The notes: a model not told the origin generated them from the letters alone. A DNA stretch of 61,769 bases from an uncultured Christensenella sp. (GCA_949294455.1 CASFHD010000004.1:1-61769); one strand, 5' to 3'; positions 28,489 through 38,725 are shown, counted from the stretch's first letter. A program made the numbers and translations.

Positions 28489-29472
28489 CTATTGTATTTG
28501 CATATTGACTACATTTCCATTGGATGTGTTTTGAAAAATTAGAAAATAACCATCACTGAGTGGGTCCGAACTATTTATTGGCAACCATTGATAATTGTCT
28601 TTAAATTCTTCTGGAGGGTCTTCGTTGTATTTTCTAGGTACCCCATAAACTAGATATTTGTAAATATTATCTTCTATAATTACACCTAATATATAGTGCG
28701 AATTATCTTCATCTGCAATTTTTATAAACTTCGAATTTGGAATTAATGAGGTAATTTTATCGTCAAAAGGATAAATTGAGCACATTTCATCAAATTCATT
28801 TTTTATTGTGTCATAAAATGAATTAGTGTTTAACTTCTCTTTTGATTCATCTTGTTCAATATTATTTTTGTCATCTTTGTCCTGTGCCAAAATTTGACTA
28901 TTTAAGTTTAAATTTTTTGTATCTATTTCGTTTTTAACTTGTTCATTATTATTCGTTTTTATACTATTTTCTTTGTTTGGAATATTGTTTTGAATAGTAT
29001 TAGTATTATTGTCTATTTCTACACCTAATTTTATCGGGTCAGAATAAAATTGTTGTTTGTATGGACAATTTAAACATTTGTCTGTACTGCTTGACTCAAT
29101 AATTATATCGTTTTCTAAATTATCTTTTTCAGTTTCATCTTCAGTTTCATCTTCCTCTTGAAAGTAGCAATCATAAGAGCCACCTTTTAATATTACAAGT
29201 TTTTCTTTATCTATCATTTCTATTATTGCTACATACAAATCTTTTTTTATGTCAATATTTGAATCAAAACTAAATGTGTAACAATCGTAATCTTTTTTTA
29301 AAGTTGTAAAATTTACAGTCCCATCTATATAAATTCCTAATTTACATTTTGCTGGCAGTGTTTTTAAATTGTATAATCTTAGTTTTCCACAAACATTATT
29401 ATCATAAGTTAAGGTTAGTATTCCTCTCGAATTGTCATTATCATTTGATAAAATTATGGTTTTTTTGTACAT
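28489..29472 (-). CDS. hypothetical protein (two domains joined by an acidic/Asn-rich linker)
   Basis: AAGGGG SD. C-domain contains HYILGV...YGVP...GYF. Confidence 0.65.
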   Translation of the reverse strand: MYKKTIILSNDNDNSRGILTLTYDNNVCGKLRLYNLKTLPAKCKLGIYIDGTVNFTTLKKDYDCYTFSFDSNIDIKKDLYVAIIEMIDKEKLVILKGGSYDCYFQEEDETEDETEKDNLENDIIIESSSTDKCLNCPYKQQFYSDPIKLGVEIDNNTNTIQNNIPNKENSIKTNNNEQVKNEIDTKNLNLNSQILAQDKDDKNNIEQDESKEKLNTNSFYDTIKNEFDEMCSIYPFDDKITSLIPNSKFIKIADEDNSHYILGVIIEDNIYKYLVYGVPRKYNEDPPEEFKDNYQWLPINSSDPLSDGYFLIFQNTSNGNVVNMQIQ

Positions 29473-29696
29473 AGTGTCCCCTTGACTTAAATGATTTATA
29501 TAATTAATCTTAGCATTATGTTTATAGTGATTATTGTTTTATTTATGATAAATTTGACGAATTTGTTAAAAAATATAAAAATTTGGAATTTGTCAATAAT
29601 AAAACTATGTTTGTGTCGTTTTAATTAATTGACAAAAAATGGGGCGTATGGTAGATTATAATAGATTATTAGTAATTACACTATGTAGAGGGCTAT

Positions 29697-31109
29697 ATGA
29701 AATTATTTAAAAAATTAATGGTTGCAGTTCTTGTTTCAGTTTCCTTATTTGGTTTGACTGCTTGCAAAAAAAAGACTAATGAAAATGTTTCAACCTTAGG
29801 CTTATATAATGGCGGAATGGTGGTAAATGTTGGGGATTATTCTATTTTTGTAAATGGTTTTAAGTCGTATGAAACTATAGATGAGAGTAATAAAAACAAC
29901 AATTATCTAAACAGTGCAATTTTATCAGTAAAACGAGATGGATATAATGTTACAGTAGATGACAATGGTAGTATGGTTAATTATACTAAACTATATAATA
30001 AAATTTCTGGTTACGAAATAACTGATTTACACGTCTTTGGTGATTACTTATTTTTCACAACTCCTGTATTGGATAAATATGAGACAGGTTCAGGTATTGC
30101 TAATGATTTGACTGATTTTTATCGAATTAGAATTGATGGTAGTAAAAAGGCAGAAAGAATTATAAGGTCACAGGATACAGTTGATAATATTCAATTTGGA
30201 TATTATTGTGATGGAAGTTCTGTATATTTATTAACAGTTGAAAATTCAAATTTATATAGAACTATTTGTACGGGCAAAAATATAGGAAATAAAATATTAA
30301 TAGCAAGCGGTGTAACAGAAGTATTAATGCCAGATGAAGATAATTTTTCAGGTATTATATATTTTACAACAAGTTTAAGTGAAACTGACAACGAAGCAGG
30401 TTATTCAACAGGTAACAAAATTTGTTCTTATGAAATTGTGAAAAATATTGTAAGTGATGTAAAAATGGATAACAAAAATACATTTACACTTGTTGATGTA
30501 AAAGGTGGATATTTATATCTTTATGCAAAAAGTAGTAGCGATGAAAATCAATATCTTTATGCGGCAAAGGCAGAATATGATAGCATAAGAAAAAATGTAG
30601 ATGAATACTTTCAGATAACTTATAGTTACAATAGTTCAAACAAGGTTTATGTTTTAGGTGGAAAAAGCGATGGCATTATAATGTATGATGCTGATAGAGC
30701 AGGACTTTACAAAATTAATCCTGAACATTGGGGTGATACAAATTACAGGGTTGAAATATCAACTGATTATACTAATGTAGTTAAGATTCAAGATGAATAT
30801 GTATATTGTACAAATTCTGACAACAATGTTATCGTAAAAATAAATTATAAAAATGCTATAGTTAAAGAAGTTGCAGATTTTTCTGATGATGAGGATGGTA
30901 AAACAATTAAAACAGATGATTCAAAATTCTTTGATATAGATAATAGTTACATTTATTATTATGTAAAGATATCTAGTGATGAAAACGCAAATTATTATTT
31001 ATACAGGTCAAATATTTTGCAAGAAGAGTCAAATGCTAGTTTGTTTGGAGTTTTGGAAGAACAAGATATACCACAAGATGAAGAGGAAGAAACTAGTACA
31101 AATCAGTAG
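29697..31109 (+). CDS. lipoprotein, probable beta-propeller (DUF5050-like)
   Basis: Lipobox LTAC. Repeated units GDYLFF, GGYLYL, DEYVYC and NSYIYY. Acidic tail. Confidence 0.7.
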   Translation: MKLFKKLMVAVLVSVSLFGLTACKKKTNENVSTLGLYNGGMVVNVGDYSIFVNGFKSYETIDESNKNNNYLNSAILSVKRDGYNVTVDDNGSMVNYTKLYNKISGYEITDLHVFGDYLFFTTPVLDKYETGSGIANDLTDFYRIRIDGSKKAERIIRSQDTVDNIQFGYYCDGSSVYLLTVENSNLYRTICTGKNIGNKILIASGVTEVLMPDEDNFSGIIYFTTSLSETDNEAGYSTGNKICSYEIVKNIVSDVKMDNKNTFTLVDVKGGYLYLYAKSSSDENQYLYAAKAEYDSIRKNVDEYFQITYSYNSSNKVYVLGGKSDGIIMYDADRAGLYKINPEHWGDTNYRVEISTDYTNVVKIQDEYVYCTNSDNNVIVKINYKNAIVKEVADFSDDEDGKTIKTDDSKFFDIDNSYIYYYVKISSDENANYYLYRSNILQEESNASLFGVLEEQDIPQDEEEETSTNQ

Positions 31110-31111
31110 AT

Positions 31112-31142
31112 AAAAAAACGGACTATAGTAAGTCCGTTTTTT
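31112..31142. terminator. bidirectional intrinsic terminator
   Basis: AAAAAAACGGACT...AGTCCGTTTTTT between convergent genes. Confidence 0.85.
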
Positions 31143-31173
31143 GTTGCAAAAATTTTAACATTTTATTTTAAAT

Positions 31174-31950
31174 TTAAGATAATTCTTCTTCGTTTTGTTC
31201 TTCTTCAGTTTGTAGTTGTTTTGCTTTTAATTCTTTTATCTTTTCATAGTCAATGTCTTTTGTAAGTCGTCGTGCTATTTGTATTCTGCTTTCAAAAGTA
31301 GGTTGTAATTCTTTACAATATCTTTCTAATTTTGAGCACATATCTTCAAATTCTTCATCTGTTTCTTTGTTTGAATGTTGATAAATGGTTAAAATGTTTG
31401 ATTCTACTTTTCTGTTATTGTTTAAATTTAAGTATGAATCATTATCAAAAGCGTAAGTTGCTTTTAATCCGCTTCCGCTTAATGCTTTGTATTCTTTTGA
31501 ATTTGTAATTATTACATATTCTGGTTGAATTCTTCTCATTAAATAATCAGGGTCGAACATTAATCCTGTTAAAAACATATCTTTAAAACTATTTCTTAAA
31601 AATTCAGTATGTTCAAGTACTTTATCTGCAGGGTCTATGGTTATTTGACAATTTTTTTTGCTTACTAATGCTATTGTTGGAACAGATTTTTTATTGTCTT
31701 TATTCAAGTTTCTTTCTTTTACCATAGAAAGCCTACAAGTACCTTGTATAAATGATTTGTACAAGGCAACATTAGATTTATATAAATCTTTTGTATCGGT
31801 GTCATAATAAACAAATTCTTTTCTTAAACTCTCATCATAAATTAATTTATATCTCTGAAAAAAGTCTTGTATTTTTAATACAGAGTTTATTGTGTTTTTG
31901 TCAAACATAATATAACGCCTTTTGTTTCTTATAAGGTCAAATTCTTGCAT
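31174..31950 (-). CDS. CYTH-like (triphosphate tunnel) protein, degenerate
   Basis: VYYDTDTKDLYKSNVAL resembles the CYTH YYDT..L motif, but the N-terminal ExExK is absent. Confidence 0.45.
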   Translation of the reverse strand: MQEFDLIRNKRRYIMFDKNTINSVLKIQDFFQRYKLIYDESLRKEFVYYDTDTKDLYKSNVALYKSFIQGTCRLSMVKERNLNKDNKKSVPTIALVSKKNCQITIDPADKVLEHTEFLRNSFKDMFLTGLMFDPDYLMRRIQPEYVIITNSKEYKALSGSGLKATYAFDNDSYLNLNNNRKVESNILTIYQHSNKETDEEFEDMCSKLERYCKELQPTFESRIQIARRLTKDIDYEKIKELKAKQLQTEEEQNEEELS

Positions 31951-31958
31951 AACCCCTC

Positions 31959-32684
31959 CTAATCTTTTGAACCAGTTATTGCTAATATTGTCAATACAAA
32001 TCTTAATAAATTTAGCAATGAATATACAAATGCTGCAAGATATGTTAAAGCAGCAGAAGAAAGGACTTTTTTTGCACCATTCAATTCTTCTTGGTCTAAC
32101 TCGCCTGATTTTATTATCATATCGTACGCTCTATTAGAAGCATTATATTCAATAGGTAAAGTTATAAAATTGAAAAGCGTACTTAATCCAAATATACTAA
32201 CACCTGAAATTAAAATTACATTACCAAAAATTGGCATATATAGTAAAAAATCAAATATTAACCCAATAATAACTAAGGGTAATAAAAGTGTTGATGAAAT
32301 ATTACAAATAGGAATAATTATATTCCTTATTTTAATTGGAAAATAGTTATCTTTGTATTGATAAGCGTGTCCAACTTCGTGACAAGCGACAGCAATAGCA
32401 GATATTGATGTTGAGTTGTAAACATCACTTGACAAACTGATAGTTTTATTCTTTGGATTGAAATTGTCTGTCAAATTCCCAGAAATTTCAACAACATTAA
32501 TATCTTGTAAACCCTTATAATCTAATAATCGCCTTGCAACTTGATAGGCAGTTGAACCCGATTTTGATAAAGTTTTTTGATATTCAGAAAATGTTGATTT
32601 TACTTTCACTTCGGCATATATGCTAAGAATTATTGCAGGTATTAAAATAATGCCTAATATATAATATATAAAGTATGCAGTCAT
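31959..32684 (-). CDS. membrane zinc metallopeptidase (YugP-like)
   Basis: LTDNFNP, AVACHEVGHAYQ, TLPIEYNASNRA and AALTY motifs. Confidence 0.92.
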   Translation of the reverse strand: MTAYFIYYILGIILIPAIILSIYAEVKVKSTFSEYQKTLSKSGSTAYQVARRLLDYKGLQDINVVEISGNLTDNFNPKNKTISLSSDVYNSTSISAIAVACHEVGHAYQYKDNYFPIKIRNIIIPICNISSTLLLPLVIIGLIFDFLLYMPIFGNVILISGVSIFGLSTLFNFITLPIEYNASNRAYDMIIKSGELDQEELNGAKKVLSSAALTYLAAFVYSLLNLLRFVLTILAITGSKD

Positions 32685-32951
32685 AATATTTCCTTTTTAA
32701 TATGCTATCATTGTTTTTTTTTAAAGTCAAGAAATTTATTTTTATTTATTTTTATGTATATTATATATTTTTTTGTTTTTTATGTCTATTTAATCATTAC
32801 TTTCTGTATTTTAAAGAACAAATTTGCTGTTTTTGTATTATTTTAATAATAAAAAAATAATAAAAAAAATTAAATATTTATATTTTTTTGTTAGTATTTA
32901 AAGAATTTTTGTGGTATAATAAGGACAAACATATATTATAGGGGTGTAATA

Positions 32952-35363
32952 ATGGAGTTTTTTTTAGCAAGTGGGATTTATAATGGTTTGGGGAAATTGC
33001 TTGCTACTATAGGTAATAATTTACAGCCAAGTACTATTTTATATATAGCACTAGCTGTTTCTTTGCTGATAATTATAAGTATTTCTATAACTACTTCTAG
33101 GTCCTATGAAGTAAAGTTAATTAAAGCAATTGATTATTTGAATGAATTCTTTGTCGCAAATCCTCAAATTGATGAAGATAATTTAATTGCTTTCAACGAA
33201 AAAATGAAAGAAAAGCGTATTCCTAAAATTCTAAGAAAGCAGTGGCAACAGTATATGCTATATAGGGAACACAAGGCGAGTTATTATATGTCGTTTAAGC
33301 AGTGTGTTGAAAATCCTATTAGCGCAAGTACTTATAAGTATAATGTATCTTTAGCAAACAAAACATTTAACATTCTTTTAATAGTTGTACTATTATTAGG
33401 ATTTTGTTATTTTTCGCTAGTTGGTGAAGGAGCTCGTGCTATATCTTGGGGTGATGCTTTAACTTTTGTTTTGTCGCCTTTTGTTGTGATATTGATTAAA
33501 TATATTGTTGAAATAATTTTTGAAGCTAGGTTAAATGCTGTTACTTCTGATTTATTACAAAATTATCAATATTTTGAAATTAATTTAGACAAAGCAACAT
33601 CGACTATGCCTGAATTTGTTGACTATGAAGTTTTGTTTACTAAAAAAGAAATTAAACAAGGTATTCCAATTTTATACGAATATCTACAAAAGCGTGCCGA
33701 ACAAGAACAGAAGGAATTAGAAAGAGCAAGAAGTAAAGAAGTTGAACACGATAAATACAACTTTGATAAAGAAGATATTGAAGGTTCTTTAGTTTTGGAG
33801 CGTGCAGTAAACGAAACAGAATCATTTATTGCACAAAGACAAAAATATATGCAATTAATTGACCAGTTGACTACCGAACAAGCAAATATTGAATATAACT
33901 ATAAACAAAGTTCTAAAGACTATCAAAGAAAAATGCAATCTAGTAAAGAAAATTTAGAGAATTTGAATCAACAAATGGAACAAGCGTCTTCTAATATTGA
34001 AGCAAACTATATCAAAAAACAGCAAAGTGATGAAATATTGCGTCAACAAAACCTTGAAAAAGATTTTGATATAGCAACTGCAAAAATGAAAAATGATGTG
34101 CAAAATATTCAAAAACAAATTGATAAATATTATGAAGAAATTGATGCTAGCAAGAAATATTTAGAAACTGCTATGGATAGCGAGTTCGATAGTTATGCTA
34201 AAAAAGTTTATGATAAACTAGAAGTAAAGGTAAATGAAAAAGAAAAAGAAAAATATAAATCCACTTCTAGTAAAATAAAACAACTAGAAGAAAAACTTGC
34301 ACAAAAATCTGCTGAACTAGAAAATATGTACAGCAAATATCAAGCAAAGATTGAAGAACTACAATCTATCATAGACGGCGATGCTATTATTAGACAAAAA
34401 ACTGGTGAAATAGTAACTGCCATAGAATCTAAAAAAGATAAAAAGAAAAATAAGTCTGGACAATCTGACCAAACTGAAACTATAAACAATGTTGAGCAAA
34501 ATTTAGATTCAAAGAATCCTTTAGATAATACATATAACGCTGTTTCAACTAAATTAAATAATGATGAAAGTTATTTTGAACAATCAAATGAAATTGTTGG
34601 CGATATTTCATCTAATCAATCTGATGAATATAAAGAAAATGCTGATATAACTTTGCCAAATCAAGATATGTTTAATATTCAAGAAAACATCATTGAGAAT
34701 AAACCTACAACTAAAGGGACTATCAAAAAAGGTAGAGGTCGTCCAAAAAAGAAAATTGCAGAAAAACAAAGTAGTTTAGCCTCAACAAAGAAAAGAGGCA
34801 GACCTAGAAAATCTAATCAAGATATTCAAACTTTAAATAATGAAATAGCTGAAAAGAGAGGACGTGGCAGACCTAGAAAAGATACAAATAGTGAATCTAT
34901 CAAATCAACAGACGAATTAAATACACCAAAGCGTGGTAGAGGTCGTCCTAGAAAGGTGGAAAATGTAGAAAAATCTAAAAGCAGTTCGCCACAACAAACA
35001 AAAAAAAGAGGAAGACCTAAAAAAGTGGTTGAAAGCAATCAACAACTTAAACCTGCTAGTCAACCAAATGATATCGAACAAGAAATTAAGAATGAACCTG
35101 TTGAGAAGTTCTTGGGAAGTTTGCAAGAACTTTCAGATATAATAACATCTGAAATGAAAAGGGCAGACGAAAAGAAAGATGAATTAGAAAATTCTAGTTT
35201 GTCAAAAGATGAAATTGCTAAGAAAACAAGAAAACTAAGATTTGCAAAAAATCAATTAACTGCTCTTGATAAGTTGTTGTTGTCTGACGGTGAAGTTGAT
35301 TTAGATGAAATAAATAAAACTTTAAAAGGTATTTCAGAAAAAATAACTAAAATAGCAGAATAA
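32952..35363 (+). CDS. 3-TM membrane protein with long coiled coil and five AT-hook motifs
   Basis: TM segments near aa 25-48, 138-157 and 168-190. Coiled coil near aa 240-470. Five (K/R)xGRP(R/K)K motifs at 34725-35024. Confidence 0.75.
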   Translation: MEFFLASGIYNGLGKLLATIGNNLQPSTILYIALAVSLLIIISISITTSRSYEVKLIKAIDYLNEFFVANPQIDEDNLIAFNEKMKEKRIPKILRKQWQQYMLYREHKASYYMSFKQCVENPISASTYKYNVSLANKTFNILLIVVLLLGFCYFSLVGEGARAISWGDALTFVLSPFVVILIKYIVEIIFEARLNAVTSDLLQNYQYFEINLDKATSTMPEFVDYEVLFTKKEIKQGIPILYEYLQKRAEQEQKELERARSKEVEHDKYNFDKEDIEGSLVLERAVNETESFIAQRQKYMQLIDQLTTEQANIEYNYKQSSKDYQRKMQSSKENLENLNQQMEQASSNIEANYIKKQQSDEILRQQNLEKDFDIATAKMKNDVQNIQKQIDKYYEEIDASKKYLETAMDSEFDSYAKKVYDKLEVKVNEKEKEKYKSTSSKIKQLEEKLAQKSAELENMYSKYQAKIEELQSIIDGDAIIRQKTGEIVTAIESKKDKKKNKSGQSDQTETINNVEQNLDSKNPLDNTYNAVSTKLNNDESYFEQSNEIVGDISSNQSDEYKENADITLPNQDMFNIQENIIENKPTTKGTIKKGRGRPKKKIAEKQSSLASTKKRGRPRKSNQDIQTLNNEIAEKRGRGRPRKDTNSESIKSTDELNTPKRGRGRPRKVENVEKSKSSSPQQTKKRGRPKKVVESNQQLKPASQPNDIEQEIKNEPVEKFLGSLQELSDIITSEMKRADEKKDELENSSLSKDEIAKKTRKLRFAKNQLTALDKLLLSDGEVDLDEINKTLKGISEKITKIAE

Positions 35364-35385
35364 AAAAACCCGTTCGGGTTTTTTT
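35362..35385. terminator. bidirectional intrinsic terminator
   Basis: AAAAAAACCC-GTTC-GGGTTTTTTT touching both convergent stop codons. Confidence 0.8.
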
Positions 35386-35572
35386 ATTTATTGTTTAACT
35401 TTTTTAAAACTTCATTTACATCTATTCCGTGTACAAGACAAGCTTGTTCTAATGTTTCTTGATGTGCCATCATACAATGTAAACAATGCATTCCAAATCC
35501 TAACAAAATTGCTTCTGCGTCTTCTTTGTTTTTTACTATGTCTATAATCAAATCATCTTTTTTGAATTTCAT
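35384..35572 (-). CDS. DUF1858 domain protein (hybrid cluster protein-associated redox disulfide domain)
   Basis: GMHCLHC...ETLEQACLVHGID. GGAG SD. Confidence 0.88.
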   Translation of the reverse strand: MKFKKDDLIIDIVKNKEDAEAILLGFGMHCLHCMMAHQETLEQACLVHGIDVNEVLKKLNNK

Positions 35573-36335
35573 AACTACTCCTTTTTATACTTTTTCCACA
35601 ATATGGACAATTATTCATATCCTTATTTATTCGCTTTTCACATTGTGGACAATATGTGTATTTATTATCGTCTAAATTTTTATTATTGTCAAATGATATA
35701 TCTATATTTGCTCCTTGTTTTTTACCTTGAATATAAAATTCTAATTTTTTTGTATTTATACCTAACTTTAATAGTTCGCGTTTAAATTTATCTTTAAAAT
35801 TATATATATAAGATTCGCTTGTGTTAATAGTTTCAAGAGGGTATTTATTTATGAGTGTATAAAATATGTCATCAAATGTTGATTTTAGAATCTTTAAGGA
35901 CTTTAATTTTGTTATGCTTGTTCTATCCTGTAACATAAAACTTAAAAATTTTAAATCAGATGATACATTAAAAGTCAATTCATATTTAAACTGTATATTA
36001 TTTTTTAATCCATTTAAAAATGTGTATTTGATATTTTTATCAAAATAATAATGATTGTCAGATAACTTAACTATGTATAAATCGAAATCTATTCTTTTTT
36101 TCAATTTTTTATGTTTGCTTTGTTTTTCAATTAATTTATTTAAATTTTCATTAGAAAGTATGGTTTTGCCAGATGAAAGCTGTAAATATAATTTCTCTTT
36201 ATAAAAAATTAACCCTTCATAGCCATCTGCAATTTCTATTATACTACCTATTTTTACATTGGAATAAAAAGTTGAACTTATTAGTCCACCTTCATAATTA
36301 GGCAATCTTAATTTGTGATTTTTGAAAAAAAACAT
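35553..36335 (-). CDS. degenerate SPFH-like (YdjI-type) protein with C-terminal zinc ribbon
   Basis: GSIIEIADGYEGLIFYKEK...SGK..L resembles the YdjI-type N-terminus. CPQC...CPYCG at the C-terminus. Confidence 0.5.
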   Translation of the reverse strand: MFFFKNHKLRLPNYEGGLISSTFYSNVKIGSIIEIADGYEGLIFYKEKLYLQLSSGKTILSNENLNKLIEKQSKHKKLKKRIDFDLYIVKLSDNHYYFDKNIKYTFLNGLKNNIQFKYELTFNVSSDLKFLSFMLQDRTSITKLKSLKILKSTFDDIFYTLINKYPLETINTSESYIYNFKDKFKRELLKLGINTKKLEFYIQGKKQGANIDISFDNNKNLDDNKYTYCPQCEKRINKDMNNCPYCGKSIKRSSYEIQKR

Positions 36336-36478
36336 ACTTTAATATATCAAAAATTTTATATACTTGCAACAATTTATTTGTGAAGATTGACAGGTTTTAT
36401 AATATTTGATAAACTACACAATATAAAATTACATACTTTTAATTGTTCTATTTGTTGTATTTACTATTGTGAGGAAAA

Positions 36479-38584
36479 ATGTTTAATATAATAAAGTACA
36501 AATCTGCATTTGCTATATATTTTTTAATTATGGCTGTTTTGTTAGAAATTTCAACATTTATTTTGTTAGGTATAGGAGTCATTCCTGCATATTATTTATA
36601 TGATTTTGGATTGATGCTGATTATCGCTGGTCTAATTTTTTTAGTGCCAAGTAAAATTGCTCAAATGATTATTTCATTGGCAATTTTAATAGGACAAACT
36701 TTACTTATTTATGTTAATTATTCGTTAACCACTTTATATGGTGATGTATTTACTTTTGATATGATTAAATTATTCACTGCCGCTTTTCAAGCGATGGGCA
36801 ATGATTTTACTTTTGTTAGAATGATTATTTTTTTAGTTATTATAGATTTGGCAATTATTGCTGGAGCTATTTGGCTATTTAGAAAATTGAAAAAAGATGG
36901 CCACAAAGTGACATTTCATTCTAATTTGACTATTTCTTTGGTCGTTGTGTTGTGTATTATTTCTGGTTATGGATTAATTTCAACTACCTATAGCAATATA
37001 GTTAAAGATTCTATGACAGATGAATATGTTTTAACAGATAAGTTTTTGATTGAAAAAAGTATATTTAAATTAAAAGCATTCAAAAAGTTTGGTACATACG
37101 GATTTTATTTGAATGGATTTTATACAGATTTGAGAGATTCTTCAGATGATGAAATTCAAGATGCCATAGATTTTTTAAATTCAACAGATATTTGCGATGA
37201 AAGTGAAGTTTACGGCGTTGATACAGGAAATAATGTTATCTTTATTATGATGGAGAGTTTAGAGTGGTTCGCTTTTTCTGACGGAAGTTTTAACTCAAAA
37301 ATAATCTCTAATGAATTAACACCTAATATTTATAATTTAATTTATGGTTTTAGTGAAGATACTGCTAAAAATTTTTATGGCGTTGAACAATTAGATGACT
37401 ATAATTATTCGCTAAAGGGATATGCTTCTACAAGTTATTTTTCGAAAAGCAAAACTAACATATCTGAGGGTGGTGCTGTTTTGGGAAGTTATCCGGTTGG
37501 TGCTAATTTGTTTGACTATGCAAATGAAAAAACTAACAATGTAGGTCAGTATGGCTTTTCTCTTATGAATATGTTGGACACTAGTAACTATGATTATGTC
37601 TCTAGTTATGCTCATAGTAATGTCGCTTCTTTCTATTCGAGAGATGATTCGCATAAAGTTATAGGTTTTGACAATTTATATTTTAAAGACACAATACCGG
37701 AATTATCATCAGAAGATATGGGATGGGGAAATTGGATGAGTGAAGAAGAATTTATGCTGTCATTCATCGATGATTTTATTCCAGATGTAGATTATAACAA
37801 TAATGAAAGATTTTTTAGTTTCTATTTAAACGTTTCTACTCACGGAAATTATGATGATGTTAAAGGTATTGATGATAGATTAAATTATACAAATCTTGTT
37901 AAAAATTCTAATTGGTATCAAAATGTTGTAAAAGATTATTTCCAACTTGGAAATACTTTCTTAAATAGATTGGTTAATTATGAGGCGAGTGTTGTAGGGT
38001 TAGATAGAGCAATAGGCGTGATAATAAAAAATTTACTTGAAAAAGGGATATATGATGAAACAACAATAGTGTTATTCTCTGATCATAATGCATATTATCA
38101 CGAACTTTCTAATGATATAAAAGGTGTAGAAAATAGTGATTTCGCTAATATTGAATTGAATACTGTTCCTTTTATTATCAAAAGCAGTGGCCTTGCAAGA
38201 TTGGGAATAACTGTAAACGATTATAATAATCAAGAAGATTTGTCTAGTAATTACAAATATTTCGATAGATTTTGTTCAGTTTATGATATTTTGCCAAGTG
38301 TATTAGACTTGTTGGGAATTGAGTACCTGCCATCTGTTTATCTTGGTAAATCGCTGTTTAGTGAATTTGATAGTGAATATGTTCCAGTGTATTATTCGCA
38401 TACAGGTGGTATGTTTGGGAAATATGGTTATACCGATGATTTGGAAATTTTTAATTATGAATTAGAAAATATTGATGATTATAAGCAAATTTTTGAAAAA
38501 TCTTGTCTTGAATTTACTAAATTTTTGACAGCAAATCAGTTACTTTATTCAGACAATTTATTCTTAAAACTTAAAAAAAGTTAG
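36479..38584 (+). CDS. LTA synthase family (sulfatase/alkaline phosphatase fold) membrane enzyme
   Basis: Five N-terminal TMs, IMMESLE, catalytic-type Thr in KTNISE, STH, FSDH and DILPSVLDLLG. Confidence 0.88.
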   Translation: MFNIIKYKSAFAIYFLIMAVLLEISTFILLGIGVIPAYYLYDFGLMLIIAGLIFLVPSKIAQMIISLAILIGQTLLIYVNYSLTTLYGDVFTFDMIKLFTAAFQAMGNDFTFVRMIIFLVIIDLAIIAGAIWLFRKLKKDGHKVTFHSNLTISLVVVLCIISGYGLISTTYSNIVKDSMTDEYVLTDKFLIEKSIFKLKAFKKFGTYGFYLNGFYTDLRDSSDDEIQDAIDFLNSTDICDESEVYGVDTGNNVIFIMMESLEWFAFSDGSFNSKIISNELTPNIYNLIYGFSEDTAKNFYGVEQLDDYNYSLKGYASTSYFSKSKTNISEGGAVLGSYPVGANLFDYANEKTNNVGQYGFSLMNMLDTSNYDYVSSYAHSNVASFYSRDDSHKVIGFDNLYFKDTIPELSSEDMGWGNWMSEEEFMLSFIDDFIPDVDYNNNERFFSFYLNVSTHGNYDDVKGIDDRLNYTNLVKNSNWYQNVVKDYFQLGNTFLNRLVNYEASVVGLDRAIGVIIKNLLEKGIYDETTIVLFSDHNAYYHELSNDIKGVENSDFANIELNTVPFIIKSSGLARLGITVNDYNNQEDLSSNYKYFDRFCSVYDILPSVLDLLGIEYLPSVYLGKSLFSEFDSEYVPVYYSHTGGMFGKYGYTDDLEIFNYELENIDDYKQIFEKSCLEFTKFLTANQLLYSDNLFLKLKKS

Positions 38585-38650
38585 AATAATTTGTTGACAA
38601 TCGATATATTATATGATAATATACATATGTTACGAATATGTGACATATTT

Positions 38651-38725
38651 GCCTCGATAGCTCAATGGTGGAGCACTCGGCTGTTAACCGATAGGTTGTA
38701 GGTTCGAGCCCTACTCGGGGCGCCA
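38651..38725 (+). tRNA. tRNA-Asn(GTT)
   Basis: GCCTCGA...TCGGGGC-G-CCA, anticodon loop CT-GTT-AA, T-loop TTCGAGC. Promoter TTGACA-17-TAATAT at 38594-38622. Confidence 0.96.

Noticed and set aside
8578-29560. Scattered Spo0A boxes (TGNCGAA near 8578, 15805 and 29554)
   Set aside because: A few 7-mer matches are expected by chance in a window this size.
32952-35363. Complete Zorya or Mot/Exb system
   Set aside because: No MotB/OmpA-domain partner or effector genes are adjacent. Only the topology is similar.
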